A DNA stretch of 64,000 nt. Origin: an uncultured Gammaproteobacteria bacterium. GTDB taxonomy: Bacteria; Pseudomonadota; Gammaproteobacteria; Chromatiales; Chromatiaceae. Below, one piece after another: positions 1 to 8,944 of this stretch (positions are counted from its first letter, which is position 1; each line of letters opens with the position of its first letter). The translations under genes were made by a program, and so were the position numbers. Below the pieces are notes generated by a model. The model searched no databases. It saw nothing but the letters and a program-made list of their open reading frames with translations, and was not told the origin of the DNA. The stretch lies in assembly GCA_963802205.1 (NCBI GenBank), contig CAWDHW010000017.1:803-64802 (forward strand). The letters are read 5' to 3'.

Positions 1-362
1 CATCCAGGGCACCGTCGCCGACGGTACCCTGACCCTGGACGAATCCTTCCGCTATGACGACGGCGAACTGGCTAGGCGCGTTTGGACCATTCGCAGCGAT
101 GGCCCCGACCACGCGGGGCCAGGCCGCCGACGTGGTCGGCGAGGCCCGCGGCCGGGCCGCCGGAAATGCCCTGAACTGGACCTACACCATGGACCTGCCG
201 GTGGGCGTCTCCACCTGGCGGGTGGTCTTCGACGACTGGATGTTCCTGCAACCCGGCGGGGGTCATGATCAACCGGGCCAAGATCTCCAAGTGGGGGCTG
301 GAGATTGGGCAGGTGACTTTGTTCTTTGCGAAGCGGGGGCTGGCAATGTGTTTGGGAAGTAA
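1..362 (+). pseudogene. DUF3833-family protein, 5' end outside window, frame-disrupted (frames 2>0>1>0)
   Basis: Frame 2 reads IQGTVADGTLTLDESFRYDDGELARRVWTIRSDGPDH. Frame 0 continues QAADVVGEARGRAAGNALNWTYTMDLPVGVSTWRVVFDDWMFLQPGG. Frame 1 continues VMINRAKISKWGLEIGQVTLFFAKRG, and frame 0 ends AGNVFGK-TAA. The joined sequence matches my recollection of DUF3833 proteins. Frame switches sit at G/C runs. Confidence 0.55.
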
Positions 363-381
363 TCGTCATTCCGGGAATACG

Positions 382-852
382 TCACACCACCCGCGCCGGC
401 CGCCCGAGCCAGCGCAGCAAAGGGCCGATGGGGGCAGCCGGCCGTAGAATTGCCCGGCCGCGTCCCAGTGGTCCTGGTGGTCGGCGACCCGTCCGTCCGG
501 GGCGAAGCGGACCTCGCTCATGCCCTCCACCCGCCAGTCTCCGATCACCCTGACCCGGGCCGTCATGCGCCACTTGAGATAGGCGGTGGGCGCGCGACCA
601 GGCGCTGTCCAGGACCTCGAACCGGGCGCCGGGGAGTTGTTCGCGGGTGTGGGCCAGCAGACGCCGCAGGGGCTCGATGCCGCGCAGGTCGTTGAAGGGG
701 TCGCGGAAGCGGACGTCCTCGGTGGCGATGGCCGCCAGGTGGGCGGCGGATGGGACCCCGTCGCGGTCGAGGTCGGTGAACAGGGCGGTCCAGGCGTCCA
801 GGGCCGACGGGGCGCCTGGGGCAAGGGGTTGGGTGGCTGTTGGGTCAGTCAT
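382..852 (-). pseudogene. NTF2/SnoaL-like protein with two compensating frameshifts
   Basis: The N-terminus (ORF 382..852 frame) reads MTDPTATQPL...IEPLRRLLAHTREQLPGARFEVLDSAWS. The middle reads well only in the 366..824 frame: APTAYLKWRMTARVRVIGDWRVEGMSEVRFAPDGRVADHQDHWDAAGQFYGRLP. The C-terminus returns to the first frame with IGPLLRWLGRPARVV. Switches fall at a cgcgcg repeat (about 600) and a C5 run (about 440). Confidence 0.55.
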
Positions 853-1615
853 GGGATGGGCCTGGGCTGGGGTCGGTGAGTCGCGCCATCAGGGGAAAGT
901 AGAGTCGATAGGGTAGCAGGCGCAACAGCCGCATCCAGGTGACGAAGCCGAAGGGGAAGGCGATCTCGAATCGGCCCCCGGCCAGCCCGGCGAGGATGCG
1001 CCGGGCGGCGTCCTCCGGGGTCAGGATGGAGGGCATGACGAAGCGGTTCTGGGCGGTGAGGCGGGTGGCGACGAAGCCGGGATTGACCAGGCGCAGGTCC
1101 ACGCCGCTGCCGCGCAGTTCCAGGCGCAGGGTCTCGGCGAGGTTGATCAGGGCCGCCTTGGTGGGGCCGTAGGCGGCGGCCTGGGGCAGGCCGCGGTAGC
1201 CGGCTACGGATGCGACCACGGCGACCTGGCCGCTGCGGCGTTCGCACATCCGCGGCAAGACTGCGCAGAGGCCGTTGACGACGCCCTGGTAGTTGACCGC
1301 CATGTGTTCTGCGAAGACCTCGGGGGCGGCCAGTCCACCCGGGACGGGCTGGTAGATCCCGGCGTTGAACACGGCGAGGTCCAGCGGGCCCTTGTTCCGC
1401 TCGATGCGCGCCACCGCGTCGGCCATGGCCCGAGCATCGGTCACGTCCAGGGGTTCAGGGTGCAGGCCGGCGTGAAGGCGGGCCAGATCGGTCAATGCCT
1501 CGGCCCCGCGGGCGGAGATGGCCACCCTGGCCCCGCGCCCGGCCAATTCCAGGGCCAGGGCCCGACCTATGCCCTGGCTGGCCCCCGTGATCCACACGGA
1601 CTTAGGCGTGGTCAT
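845..1615 (-). CDS. SDR-family oxidoreductase
   Basis: From ORF 845..1696, with the start taken at ATG 1613-1615 (MTTPKSVWITGASQGIGRALALELAGRG). Shows a TGxxxGIG Rossmann motif and a YGPTK (YxxxK) catalytic motif. ATGA overlap with the stop of the upstream gene. Confidence 0.85.
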   Translation of the reverse strand: MTTPKSVWITGASQGIGRALALELAGRGARVAISARGAEALTDLARLHAGLHPEPLDVTDARAMADAVARIERNKGPLDLAVFNAGIYQPVPGGLAAPEVFAEHMAVNYQGVVNGLCAVLPRMCERRSGQVAVVASVAGYRGLPQAAAYGPTKAALINLAETLRLELRGSGVDLRLVNPGFVATRLTAQNRFVMPSILTPEDAARRILAGLAGGRFEIAFPFGFVTWMRLLRLLPYRLYFPLMARLTDPSPGPSHD

Positions 1616-2289
1616 GGGCGCACCGAACCGCGGCAGGTGGAACACAGATAGCGGATCTCCGAACCGTCGCTCCCCTGGAAGCGCATCCCCAGCCACTGCC
1701 CCTGGTCGTCGTACCAGGAGTCGAGGCTGAGGTCGCCGGTGTAACGGTAACGCACGGCCTGGACCTTGCCGCTGGGCAGATCGAGGGCCTCGACCCCGGC
1801 CCGGGCTATGGTCACGCGGTTGACCCCGGCGGTGAGGGTGTTGAGGACCTTGTCCTGTTGCAGCACCTTGGGGTTCCAGTGGTTAGTGGGGAACAGTGGC
1901 AGGGCCTGTCGGCCGGGTCCGGCATCGGAGGTCCAGGCAAAGCCCTGGCCCGAGCGCTCCCCATCGAGGCGGAACGGCTTTCCATCGTCGTCCACCCGGA
2001 CCTCCAGCCGTTTCAGCCCGGCCTGGTCCCAGACCTCCTCGGCGTTGTAGCGGAAGCGGTAGAGGTCGACGCCGAGCAGGCGCACGTCGATGCGGGAACT
2101 GGATGCCACCCGGGTCTGGCCGTCTGCCTCCTCGCGGCGGACCTCATGGACCCCGACCTCGCTGCCCCCGCGCAGGATGCTGTAGCGCTGGGTCTGGACC
2201 TGGGTGGCGCCGGCCTGGCCGAACCCGGCCAGGGCGATGGCGACACATAGGCCGCGGGCGAAGGAGCGTCGCGGGAGGCTGGGGTACAT
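1612..2289 (-). CDS. Secreted conserved hypothetical protein (DUF6134-like)
   Basis: Intact 225-aa ORF with an N-terminal signal-like segment (RGLCVAIALAGFGQAGA) and a beta-rich body. It is translationally coupled to the SDR gene. The family name comes from memory of clusters that also contain DUF3833, NTF2 and SDR genes. Confidence 0.6.
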   Translation of the reverse strand: MYPSLPRRSFARGLCVAIALAGFGQAGATQVQTQRYSILRGGSEVGVHEVRREEADGQTRVASSSRIDVRLLGVDLYRFRYNAEEVWDQAGLKRLEVRVDDDGKPFRLDGERSGQGFAWTSDAGPGRQALPLFPTNHWNPKVLQQDKVLNTLTAGVNRVTIARAGVEALDLPSGKVQAVRYRYTGDLSLDSWYDDQGQWLGMRFQGSDGSEIRYLCSTCRGSVRP

Positions 2290-2350
2290 GGCAGGGCTCG
2301 CAGGTCAGGGGAAGGGGCTGTCCTGGATACGCCCGCAGAGCACGGGTGGA

Positions 2351-2683
2351 TCACCTGCCCCGGCGGTTCGACCGGGCGAGCCCGCATGCGTCGCCCCGGC
2401 GATCATTCGCGTTTACCTGGCGGTCGGGTGTGCCTTGCGCAACAGAGGGCAGCCCCGCGCAGATGATCGGTCTCGCGGCGTCAGGAACTCCGCCAGGGGC
2501 CGAGGTAATCCTTGGCGAAAAGGTCCCGACGATGGCCGTCAGGCCTGAGACCCCAGCCGCCAGGTAGACCATCAACGGGGGCAGATAGGATAGGCGCAGC
2601 CCTCGCCCCAGTTCCAGGACGTTGCGGTCGAACCAGTGGTAGGCACGTTTCAGCATGGGGCGTTTTCTTCCCACCGGAGCCAC
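2351..2683 (-). pseudogene. N-terminal stub of a membrane transporter (MFS/BT1-like), truncated
   Basis: The first ~60 aa (AYHWFDRNVLELGRGLRLSYLPPLMVYLAAGVSGLTAIVGTF) look like a transporter TM1. The continuation FAKDYLG is in another frame (ORF 2481..2897) and stops at once. There is no room for the remaining ~400 aa before the next gene at 2289. Confidence 0.35.
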
Positions 2684-2704
2684 AACGCAGGTAGCCGGCG
2701 TCGC

Positions 2705-3794
2705 TCAATCCCGGGCCTCGCCGCGGCCTGCGCGCCAGTGGCGGTAGACGAACAGTGCCAGGGTGACGACCGTCAGGGGCATGACGACGGTGCCCATGGC
2801 CAGGCTGAACGTCGCCAGGGCATCGTGTTCCGTGGCCTGGAGGACCAGGTAGACCGTGTAGGCGACGTAGTAGGCGAGGAACACCAGGCCCTCCCACCGA
2901 TCGATCCGGTTGCCGGTAAAGAACACCGGCAGGCAGGCCACGGCAACCGCGGTCATCACCGGCAGATCGAAGCTCAGCACCGCGGGCGCCATGGCCAGGC
3001 CCGTCGGCGCCACCAGGGCGGAAACACCCAGCACCCCCAGGAGATTGAAGATGTTGCTGCCGACCACGTTGCCGACGGCGATATCACGCTCCCCGCGGAC
3101 CGCTGCCAGGATCGAGGTCGCGACCTCCGGCAGCGAGGTCCCCGCGGCGACAATGGTCAGACCTATGACCAGCTCGCTGACGCCGAAGGCCCGGGCGAAG
3201 GCGATGGCCGCCTCGACCAGCCAATCGGCCCCCAGCACCAGCATACCAAGCCCGGCGGCGACCAGTAGGACCTGGACCGCCCAGTGCCGATCCCCAGGCG
3301 CTGCCATCCCCGGGCATGCCCTCCGCGTACTCGTCGTGCACTGACCTATCCTCCCGCCGGCTCTGGCGGATCACGAACAGGGTGTACGCGGCCAGCAGCC
3401 CCGCCAGCAGCGCCCCGTCCCAGCGGCCGATGCCGCCGTCCGCCGCCAGCCCCCAGACCAGCAGGGACGAACCGATCATAAGGGGTACCTCCTGGCGGAC
3501 AAGCTGTTGGTGCACCAGCAGCGGCACGATCAGGGCGGACGCGCCGAGGATGAAGAGCACGTTGAAGACGTTGCTGCCGACGACGTTGCCGATGGCGAGG
3601 TCCACCTGGCCGGACAGGGCGGACTGCACGGATACGGCCAGCTCCGGCGAGCTGGTGCCGAAGGCGACGACGGTGAGCCCCACCACCAGGGGCGAGATGC
3701 CGAAGGACAGCGCCAGCCGGGACGCACCGCGCACCAATGCCTCGGCGCCGACGACCAAGGCCACCAGGCCCAGAACAAACCAGAGCAACGACAT
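2705..3794 (-). pseudogene. CaCA-family Ca2+/Na+ antiporter (YrbG-like), one frameshift near 3300
   Basis: The first half comes from ORF 3084..3809 (MSLLWFVLG...GTSSPELAVSV...GNVVGSNVFNVL). The second half comes from ORF 2705..3307 (GTSLPEVATSI...GNVVGSNIFNLL). Both alpha-repeat motifs are present. Total length is 1 mod 3, and the switch is at cccgggg around 3300-3312. Confidence 0.85.
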
Positions 3795-4111
3795 GGAGAG
3801 CCCTCGCAAGGGTGTTGGAGTTGGATGGGCAGCAGGCGCCTCGCGATGGAGACCGCGCAGGCGCTAAGTCCCCTGGGGCACAGGGCAGAAGGCGGACCGG
3901 GCCGACTGCGCCCCGGGTGATCGAGCGCAACGGGCGGAAGGTGGCATCAAGGGCGACCGAAATCCAGGGGTCGCCCCCAGGACGAACCCAGCCCATCCAA
4001 GGTCAGGGCAAGATCCGCGCCCCGACCACAGGGCCCGCGCCGTCGTGGTGGCCGCCGCCCTGGCGGGTCGATCATGCCGTGCTTGGCGAGTCGGACGGAC
4101 GGCTCGGGGCC

Positions 4112-5170
4112 TCACCCAACCCAGATCTTTTCCCCGTACCCGGTCATCTCCAGATAGCCCCGCCCAACCTGAGGGCCGTCCTCTGCGACCCGCACCGCGC
4201 CCTCCCAGTAGACGGCCCCGGTGGAGCGGCGGCTGTCCAGTTCCTGGTCGTCCATCAGGGGTTGGAGCTGGAGCAGCCGGGTGCCGATGCGGACCCGCCA
4301 CGCCACCGGGTAGGCGATGCCGGTGCGCGGCGAGGTCCAGTAGCGCAGCGGCTCGAAGGCCACGGCCTCCGATGGCAACACCTGTGCACTGCCCCCGCTG
4401 GGCGGAAAGTGGCCGCGGACCAGAAGGGCTGGCCGTCCTGGCCGCGCAGTCGGAAGGCCATCAGGGCGTTGCCGTCGGCGAGATTCAGGCCGACCCAGTC
4501 CCAGCCTTGGGCCCCTTCGGGCAGGAGCTCGCTGGACCATTCGTGGTCCAACTAGGCCAGCCCCGTCACGGCCTGGGGACGGCCGTCCAGGGTCACGCGG
4601 CCGCTGACCTTGAGCTGCGGGCGGCTATAGTAATAGCTCGCGTGGCGCGGGTCCGGGGCCTTGGCGCTGAACCCGGCGAGGCCGTTGAGCAGGGGCGGGC
4701 CGTCGGGGACCAGGGACAGGGCATAAGCGAACCCCTCGCCACGGACCTCCGCCCGATAGCGGTCGTCGGTCTGTTCCAGGCGCCAGTCGCCGATCCACAG
4801 GTGCGTCTGCCCGGTCTCGAAGCCGGCGCGGCCGAACCCGACCCGGGCGGAGCGCTGGTCGTGACGCAGGCGGCCGAGGCGCGGGTCGGCGATGGCCGCA
4901 TGGGCGAGCAGCAACTGGCGCGGTGCGAAGGCGCTGGGGTTGGTCTCCCCGGTGCCCGTGTGCACGCGGAAGAAGGTCGCCGAGGCACTCGGCCGCGGGA
5001 AAGCCACCACCGATGCCCGTGCGCACGCGCAAGAAGGTGGTCTGGAAGCCCAACGGGCTGCCGTCGGGCAAGGTCAGCCAACCTGTGGCGTACCACCACT
5101 CGGTGCGGAAATTGGGGTGTGCGCCGTGATCGGCGGGAAAGGACAGGGCCAGGCCCGGGAGCACCGACGC
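4112..5170 (-). pseudogene. AttH/lipocalin-like (carotenoid 1,2-hydratase-family) protein, multiply disrupted
   Basis: Pieces lie in three frames: [22 protein letters not shown] (ORF 4625..5233), FFRVHTGTGETNPSAFAPRQLLLAHAAIADP... (ORF 4552..5010) and DHEWSSELLPEGAQGWDWVGLNL (ORF 4255..4551). The end piece ...PLRYWTSPRTGIAYPVAWRV...YWEGAV is in ORF 4112..4540. There is an in-frame TAG at 4552-4554 where W is expected. The 5' end is lost at the IS remnant. Confidence 0.75.
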
Positions 5171-5440
5171 CAAGATGACCACGGCCCTGCTCGACCGCCT
5201 CACCCACCACTGCCACATCGTGGAGACCGGCAACGATTCCTACCGCTTCCGCCACAGCAGCGCGACAGCCAAATCCAGGATCAAAGCCAGGGAGCAAACT
5301 AAACGAGGTGGGGCGAACGACGCACCCTTCTGACCGTAGTACCGTTACACTTGTCCACAGCCGCTCCCTGCGCGGAGCAGCCTCTTTCCCTGGTCAATAT
5401 TCAACCGGTACACCTGGTCGGAATTCGACCGGTATCAACA
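5163..5440 (+). mobile_element. IS21-family remnant (last ~52 codons of istB plus terminal repeat region)
   Basis: 5175..5333 encodes [46 protein letters not shown]...-TGA, a typical IstB C-terminus. Downstream direct subrepeats tcaaccggtacac and tcgaccggtatcaac (5401-5440) resemble multi-repeat IS21 ends. No istA and no istB body are present. Confidence 0.6.
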
Positions 5441-5567
5441 GCCCCCTTACGCCGCCCGTACAGGGTCCACCTCAATACCCTCATCCGGCGGGTCCGGCGA
5501 GGCTGCCAGCCCGTATCTTCCCTCGTCCCGAGCCGCGGCGCGCCTGGCCTGCTATCCTGGGCGCCCC

Positions 5568-6215
5568 ATGAACAAGACCAAGCGCACCGCCATCTTCGAG
5601 CGTCTGCGCGCCGCTAACCCGGCGCCTACCACCGAACTCGCCTATGGGAGTCCCTTCGAGCTATTGATCGCGGTCATTCTGTCCGCCCAGGCCACCGATA
5701 AGGGGGTGAACAAGGCTACGGCACTCCTCTTTCCCCTCGCCAACACCCCCGAGGCGATCCTCCAACTCGGTGAGGAGGGCCTGAAGGAGCAGATCCGCAC
5801 CCTGGGCCTCTTCAACAGCAAGGCCCTGAACATCCTGGCGACCTGTCGGATCCTGGTGGAGCGCCATGGCGGCGAGGTCCCGCGCACCCGGGCGGACCTG
5901 GAGGCACTGCCGGGTGTGGGGCGCAAGACCGCCAATGTGGTGCTCAATACCGCCTTCGGCGAGCCGACCATGGCCGTGGACACCCACATCTTCCGCGTTG
6001 CCAACCGCACCCGCATGGCTCCGGGCAAGACCCCATTGGCGGTGGAGCTGGGCCTGATCAAGTGGGTCCCCAAGTCCTTTCAGCGCGACGCCCACCACTG
6101 GCTGATCCTCCACGGGCGCTATGTCTGTACGGCACGCAAGCCCGCCTGCCCGGACTGCCTGATCCGGGATCTGTGCGAGTACCCGGACAAGACCAGCACT
6201 CCCGGTACCGTCTGA
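5568..6215 (+). CDS. nth: Endonuclease III
   Basis: 215 aa with the HhH-GPD motif (LPGVGRKTANVVL), catalytic region DTHIFRV and a C-terminal 4Fe-4S cluster motif CTARKPACPDCLIRDLC. Confidence 0.95.
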   Translation: MNKTKRTAIFERLRAANPAPTTELAYGSPFELLIAVILSAQATDKGVNKATALLFPLANTPEAILQLGEEGLKEQIRTLGLFNSKALNILATCRILVERHGGEVPRTRADLEALPGVGRKTANVVLNTAFGEPTMAVDTHIFRVANRTRMAPGKTPLAVELGLIKWVPKSFQRDAHHWLILHGRYVCTARKPACPDCLIRDLCEYPDKTSTPGTV

Positions 6216-6238
6216 ATCGCACCAGCAGCCATCACCCC

Positions 6239-6670
6239 ATGTTCAGCCAAGACCGCGACAGACTAAGACGCTACCTCGCCGCCGCCTGGGCCAAGGCTAG
6301 CGCCGGCGCGCCCCTGGAGCCCCTGGAGCACCAGATCGCCGACCTGGTGCGCGGGCACCCGGAGTACCAGTCCCTGCTGGGGGACCCGGAGGGCGCCATC
6401 GGGCGTGACTTTGCCCCGGAAGCGGGTCAGACCAACCCCTTCCTGCACCTGGGCCTGCACCTGGCCCTGTTGGAGCAGGTGGCTACCGACCGCCCGGCAG
6501 GTATTCGCGACCTCTATCAGACCCTGGTAGGACGCAGCGGCGGTGCCCATGCGGCCGAACATCTGGCCATGGAGTGTCTCGCACAGGCCCTATGGGAGGC
6601 CCAGCGCGGGCAGCGACCGCCGGACGAGGGCGCCTATCTGGAGTGTCTCACGCGCCTGACCCGGGGTTGA
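6239..6670 (+). CDS. DUF1841-family protein
   Basis: Start taken at ATG 6239 inside ORF 6062..6670. MFSQDRDRLRRYLAAAW...HPEYQSLL...NPFLHLGLHLALLEQVATDRPAGI...ECLAQALWEAQR matches the DUF1841 pattern as I recall it. Confidence 0.7.
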   Translation: MFSQDRDRLRRYLAAAWAKASAGAPLEPLEHQIADLVRGHPEYQSLLGDPEGAIGRDFAPEAGQTNPFLHLGLHLALLEQVATDRPAGIRDLYQTLVGRSGGAHAAEHLAMECLAQALWEAQRGQRPPDEGAYLECLTRLTRG

Positions 6671-6882
6671 ATCCGGCCCGAATCTACCCCCAACCGACCG
6701 CCCGTGGATCCCGATCTTCGGTGGTACCAATCCCGGCAGCCCGGAAAAAGGACTTGCGCAGCTCGTGAGATGTGCTATCTATTGCGTACCCCAGCACAAA
6801 AGTCGGGAATTATTCCGACCCGGCGGCGGGGATCGACCCACCTTGTTCGTGCCTCGACCTGACACCATTCCGGAGATCAGAG

Positions 6883-7243
6883 ATGACCAAGAAGACCAGC
6901 CTCAAGCCCGCCGTGGCCGCCGTCGGTTTCGCCCTGGTGGGCAGCCTGGCCGTCGCCAACCTGGCCAATGCCGCCGACAACCCCTTCGGCTCCAGCTCGA
7001 TGAAGAGCGGCTACATGCAACTCGCCCAAGCCACGCAAGAGGGGATGGGTGGCATGTCCGGTGACAAGGCCAAGCAAAGCGGCATGTCGGCACGGCATGT
7101 CCGGCGACAAGGCCAAGAAGGAGGGCAAGTGCGGCGAAGGCAAGTGCGGCGGTGACAAGGCCAAGAAGGAAGGCAAGTGCGGTGAGGGCAAGTGTGGCGG
7201 CGCGAAGAAACCCGCCGAGGGCAAGTGCGGCGGGGCCAAGTAG
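6883..7243 (+). pseudogene. HvfA/bufferin-like RiPP precursor: signal peptide plus 5 x EGKCG core, frameshifted as sequenced
   Basis: GGAG Shine-Dalgarno at 6872-6875. Frame 1 reads [70 protein letters not shown]. Frame 2 reads [52 protein letters not shown]. Length is 1 mod 3, and the switch falls within ggcatgtcggcacggcatgtcc (about 7075-7096). Confidence 0.75.
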
Positions 7244-7265
7244 GCCGCTCCACCCGAAGGCGACC

Positions 7266-8120
7266 GTGAGCGATCGGCAGTTTCCCGTTCACGGCGCCGG
7301 TCTCGGGCTGCGGCGCTCCTTCCTGGAGGCCGCGGTCCAATCCCCGCCGAGCGGGGTTGAGTTCTGGGAGATAGCCCCGGAGAACTGGATCGGGGTGGGC
7401 GGACGTTACGGGCGCCAGTTGCGCGCCCTGACCGAACGCTACCCCTTCGTCTGTCACGGTCTGTCGCTCTCGATCGGCGCGCCGGCACCCCTGGACGAGG
7501 AATTCGTCCTCCGCATCAAGGGGTTTCTGGATACAAACGGCATCCGCGCCTACTCGGAGCACCTGAGCTACTGCTCCGACGACGGCCATCTCTACGACCT
7601 GCTCCCCATCCCCTTCACCGAAGAGGCCGTCCACCACGTCGCCAGCCGGGTGCGGCGGGTGCAGGACCTTCTGGAAAGACGGATCGCGCTGGAGAACGTC
7701 TCCTACTACGCGGCGCCCGGTCAGGAAATGCCGGAGATCGACTTCATCAACGCCGTGCTTGAGGAGGCCGACTGCGACCTCCTGCTCGATATCAACAACA
7801 TCTATGTGAATGCCATCAACCACCGTTATGACCCGGTGGATTTCCTGGCCCGACTTCCCGCGAGGCGCATCCTCTATGCCCACATCGCCGGGCACTACGA
7901 GGAGGCGCCGGACCTGCGTGTGGACACCCACGGGGCGGATGTGATCGACCCCGTCTGGACCCTGTTGGTCGAGGCCTATGCCCGCTTCGGGGTCTTTCCG
8001 ACCCTGCTGGAGCGCGACTTCAACATCCCCCCGCTGGAGGTCCTGACGGAGGAGGTCGGGACCATCGCCCGGCTCCAGGCCGAGGCCAACCGCGTGTCGC
8101 TGCGCCTGGCCCATGGTTGA
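7266..8120 (+). CDS. DUF692/MNIO-family RiPP maturase (HvfB/MbnB/BufB-like)
   Basis: GTG 7266 within ORF 7152..8120. [10 protein letters not shown]...[10 protein letters not shown]...[11 protein letters not shown]...YSEHLSYC...ALENVSYY...[14 protein letters not shown]...HIAGH...DTHG are hallmark DUF692 TIM-barrel metal-ligand segments. Confidence 0.9.
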   Translation: MSDRQFPVHGAGLGLRRSFLEAAVQSPPSGVEFWEIAPENWIGVGGRYGRQLRALTERYPFVCHGLSLSIGAPAPLDEEFVLRIKGFLDTNGIRAYSEHLSYCSDDGHLYDLLPIPFTEEAVHHVASRVRRVQDLLERRIALENVSYYAAPGQEMPEIDFINAVLEEADCDLLLDINNIYVNAINHRYDPVDFLARLPARRILYAHIAGHYEEAPDLRVDTHGADVIDPVWTLLVEAYARFGVFPTLLERDFNIPPLEVLTEEVGTIARLQAEANRVSLRLAHG

Positions 8121-8910
8121 GCCGCCCTCTCTCGCCGGGGGCTCCTTCACCGAGATCCAGTTCGGTTTCGCGGCCCACATTCGTGATCCCGCGGTGCAGC
8201 CAGCCCCCACGGACGTGGAGGACAGGCGCATGGCGATCTACCGCGAGTTGGTCTTCAACAACGTCGAGTCCCTGCTCGCCGGCAACTTCCCGGTGACCCG
8301 TGAGGTCCTCGGGGAGGAACACTGGGCGGGGCTGGTGCGGGGATTCTTCATCCACCACCGTTGCACCACCCCTCTCTTTCACGAACTGGGGCAGGAGTTT
8401 CTCGCTTACCTCCAGGGGCGCGGCGAGGGGAAGGGCGATCCGCCCTTTCTTCTGGAGTTGGCCCATTACGAGTGGGTCGAGCTGGCCCTGGACATTGCCG
8501 AAGACAGCCTTGATCTTGCCGAAATCGATCCCAACGGCGACCTGCTTGCGGGCATCCCCGTGGTCTCGCCGGTCGCCTGGTCGCTCGGCTACCGCTTCCC
8601 GGTCCACCGCATCGGGCCTGACTTCAAGCCCGAGCGACCGGACCCTGAGCCCACGCGCCTGGTGGTCTACCGCACCCGCCCGGGGGACGTGGAGTTCCTG
8701 GAGGTCAACGCCGTCACCGCACGCCTGCTGGAACTCCTGGACCAGAGCACCCTTGGCTCCGGCCGGGACGCCCTGACACGGATCGCCGCCGAGTTGCGCC
8801 ACCCGAGCCCGGATCAGGTCATTGCCGGAGGGGCAGAACTATTGGCGGACCTGCGTCGGCGCCAGATCCTGGTCGGGACCCGTCTTCGGTGTAGCCCGAT
8901 GTCCGATTAA
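8113..8910 (+). CDS. DUF2063-domain RiPP maturation partner (HvfC/BufC-like)
   Basis: Overlaps the MNIO stop by 8 nt. The N-terminal segment [10 protein letters not shown]...[40 protein letters not shown] is typical of the DUF2063 proteins that follow DUF692 genes. Confidence 0.85.
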   Translation: MVEPPSLAGGSFTEIQFGFAAHIRDPAVQPAPTDVEDRRMAIYRELVFNNVESLLAGNFPVTREVLGEEHWAGLVRGFFIHHRCTTPLFHELGQEFLAYLQGRGEGKGDPPFLLELAHYEWVELALDIAEDSLDLAEIDPNGDLLAGIPVVSPVAWSLGYRFPVHRIGPDFKPERPDPEPTRLVVYRTRPGDVEFLEVNAVTARLLELLDQSTLGSGRDALTRIAAELRHPSPDQVIAGGAELLADLRRRQILVGTRLRCSPMSD

Positions 8911-8944
8911 TTCTACGTTGCAAGTGCCATAGGCTAAGTGCTGG

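Noticed and set aside
7075-7096. Programmed ribosomal frameshift joining the leader and core of the RiPP precursor.
   Set aside because: I see no slippery heptamer (X XXY YYZ), no stimulatory stop or Shine-Dalgarno-like element, and no obvious downstream structure. An indel in the short repeat is the simpler explanation.
6877-7488. Minus-strand ORF with PHLPS / FLALSP repeats.
   Set aside because: It is the antisense image of the [13 protein letters not shown] repeat DNA of the RiPP precursor. It has no start context or homology of its own.
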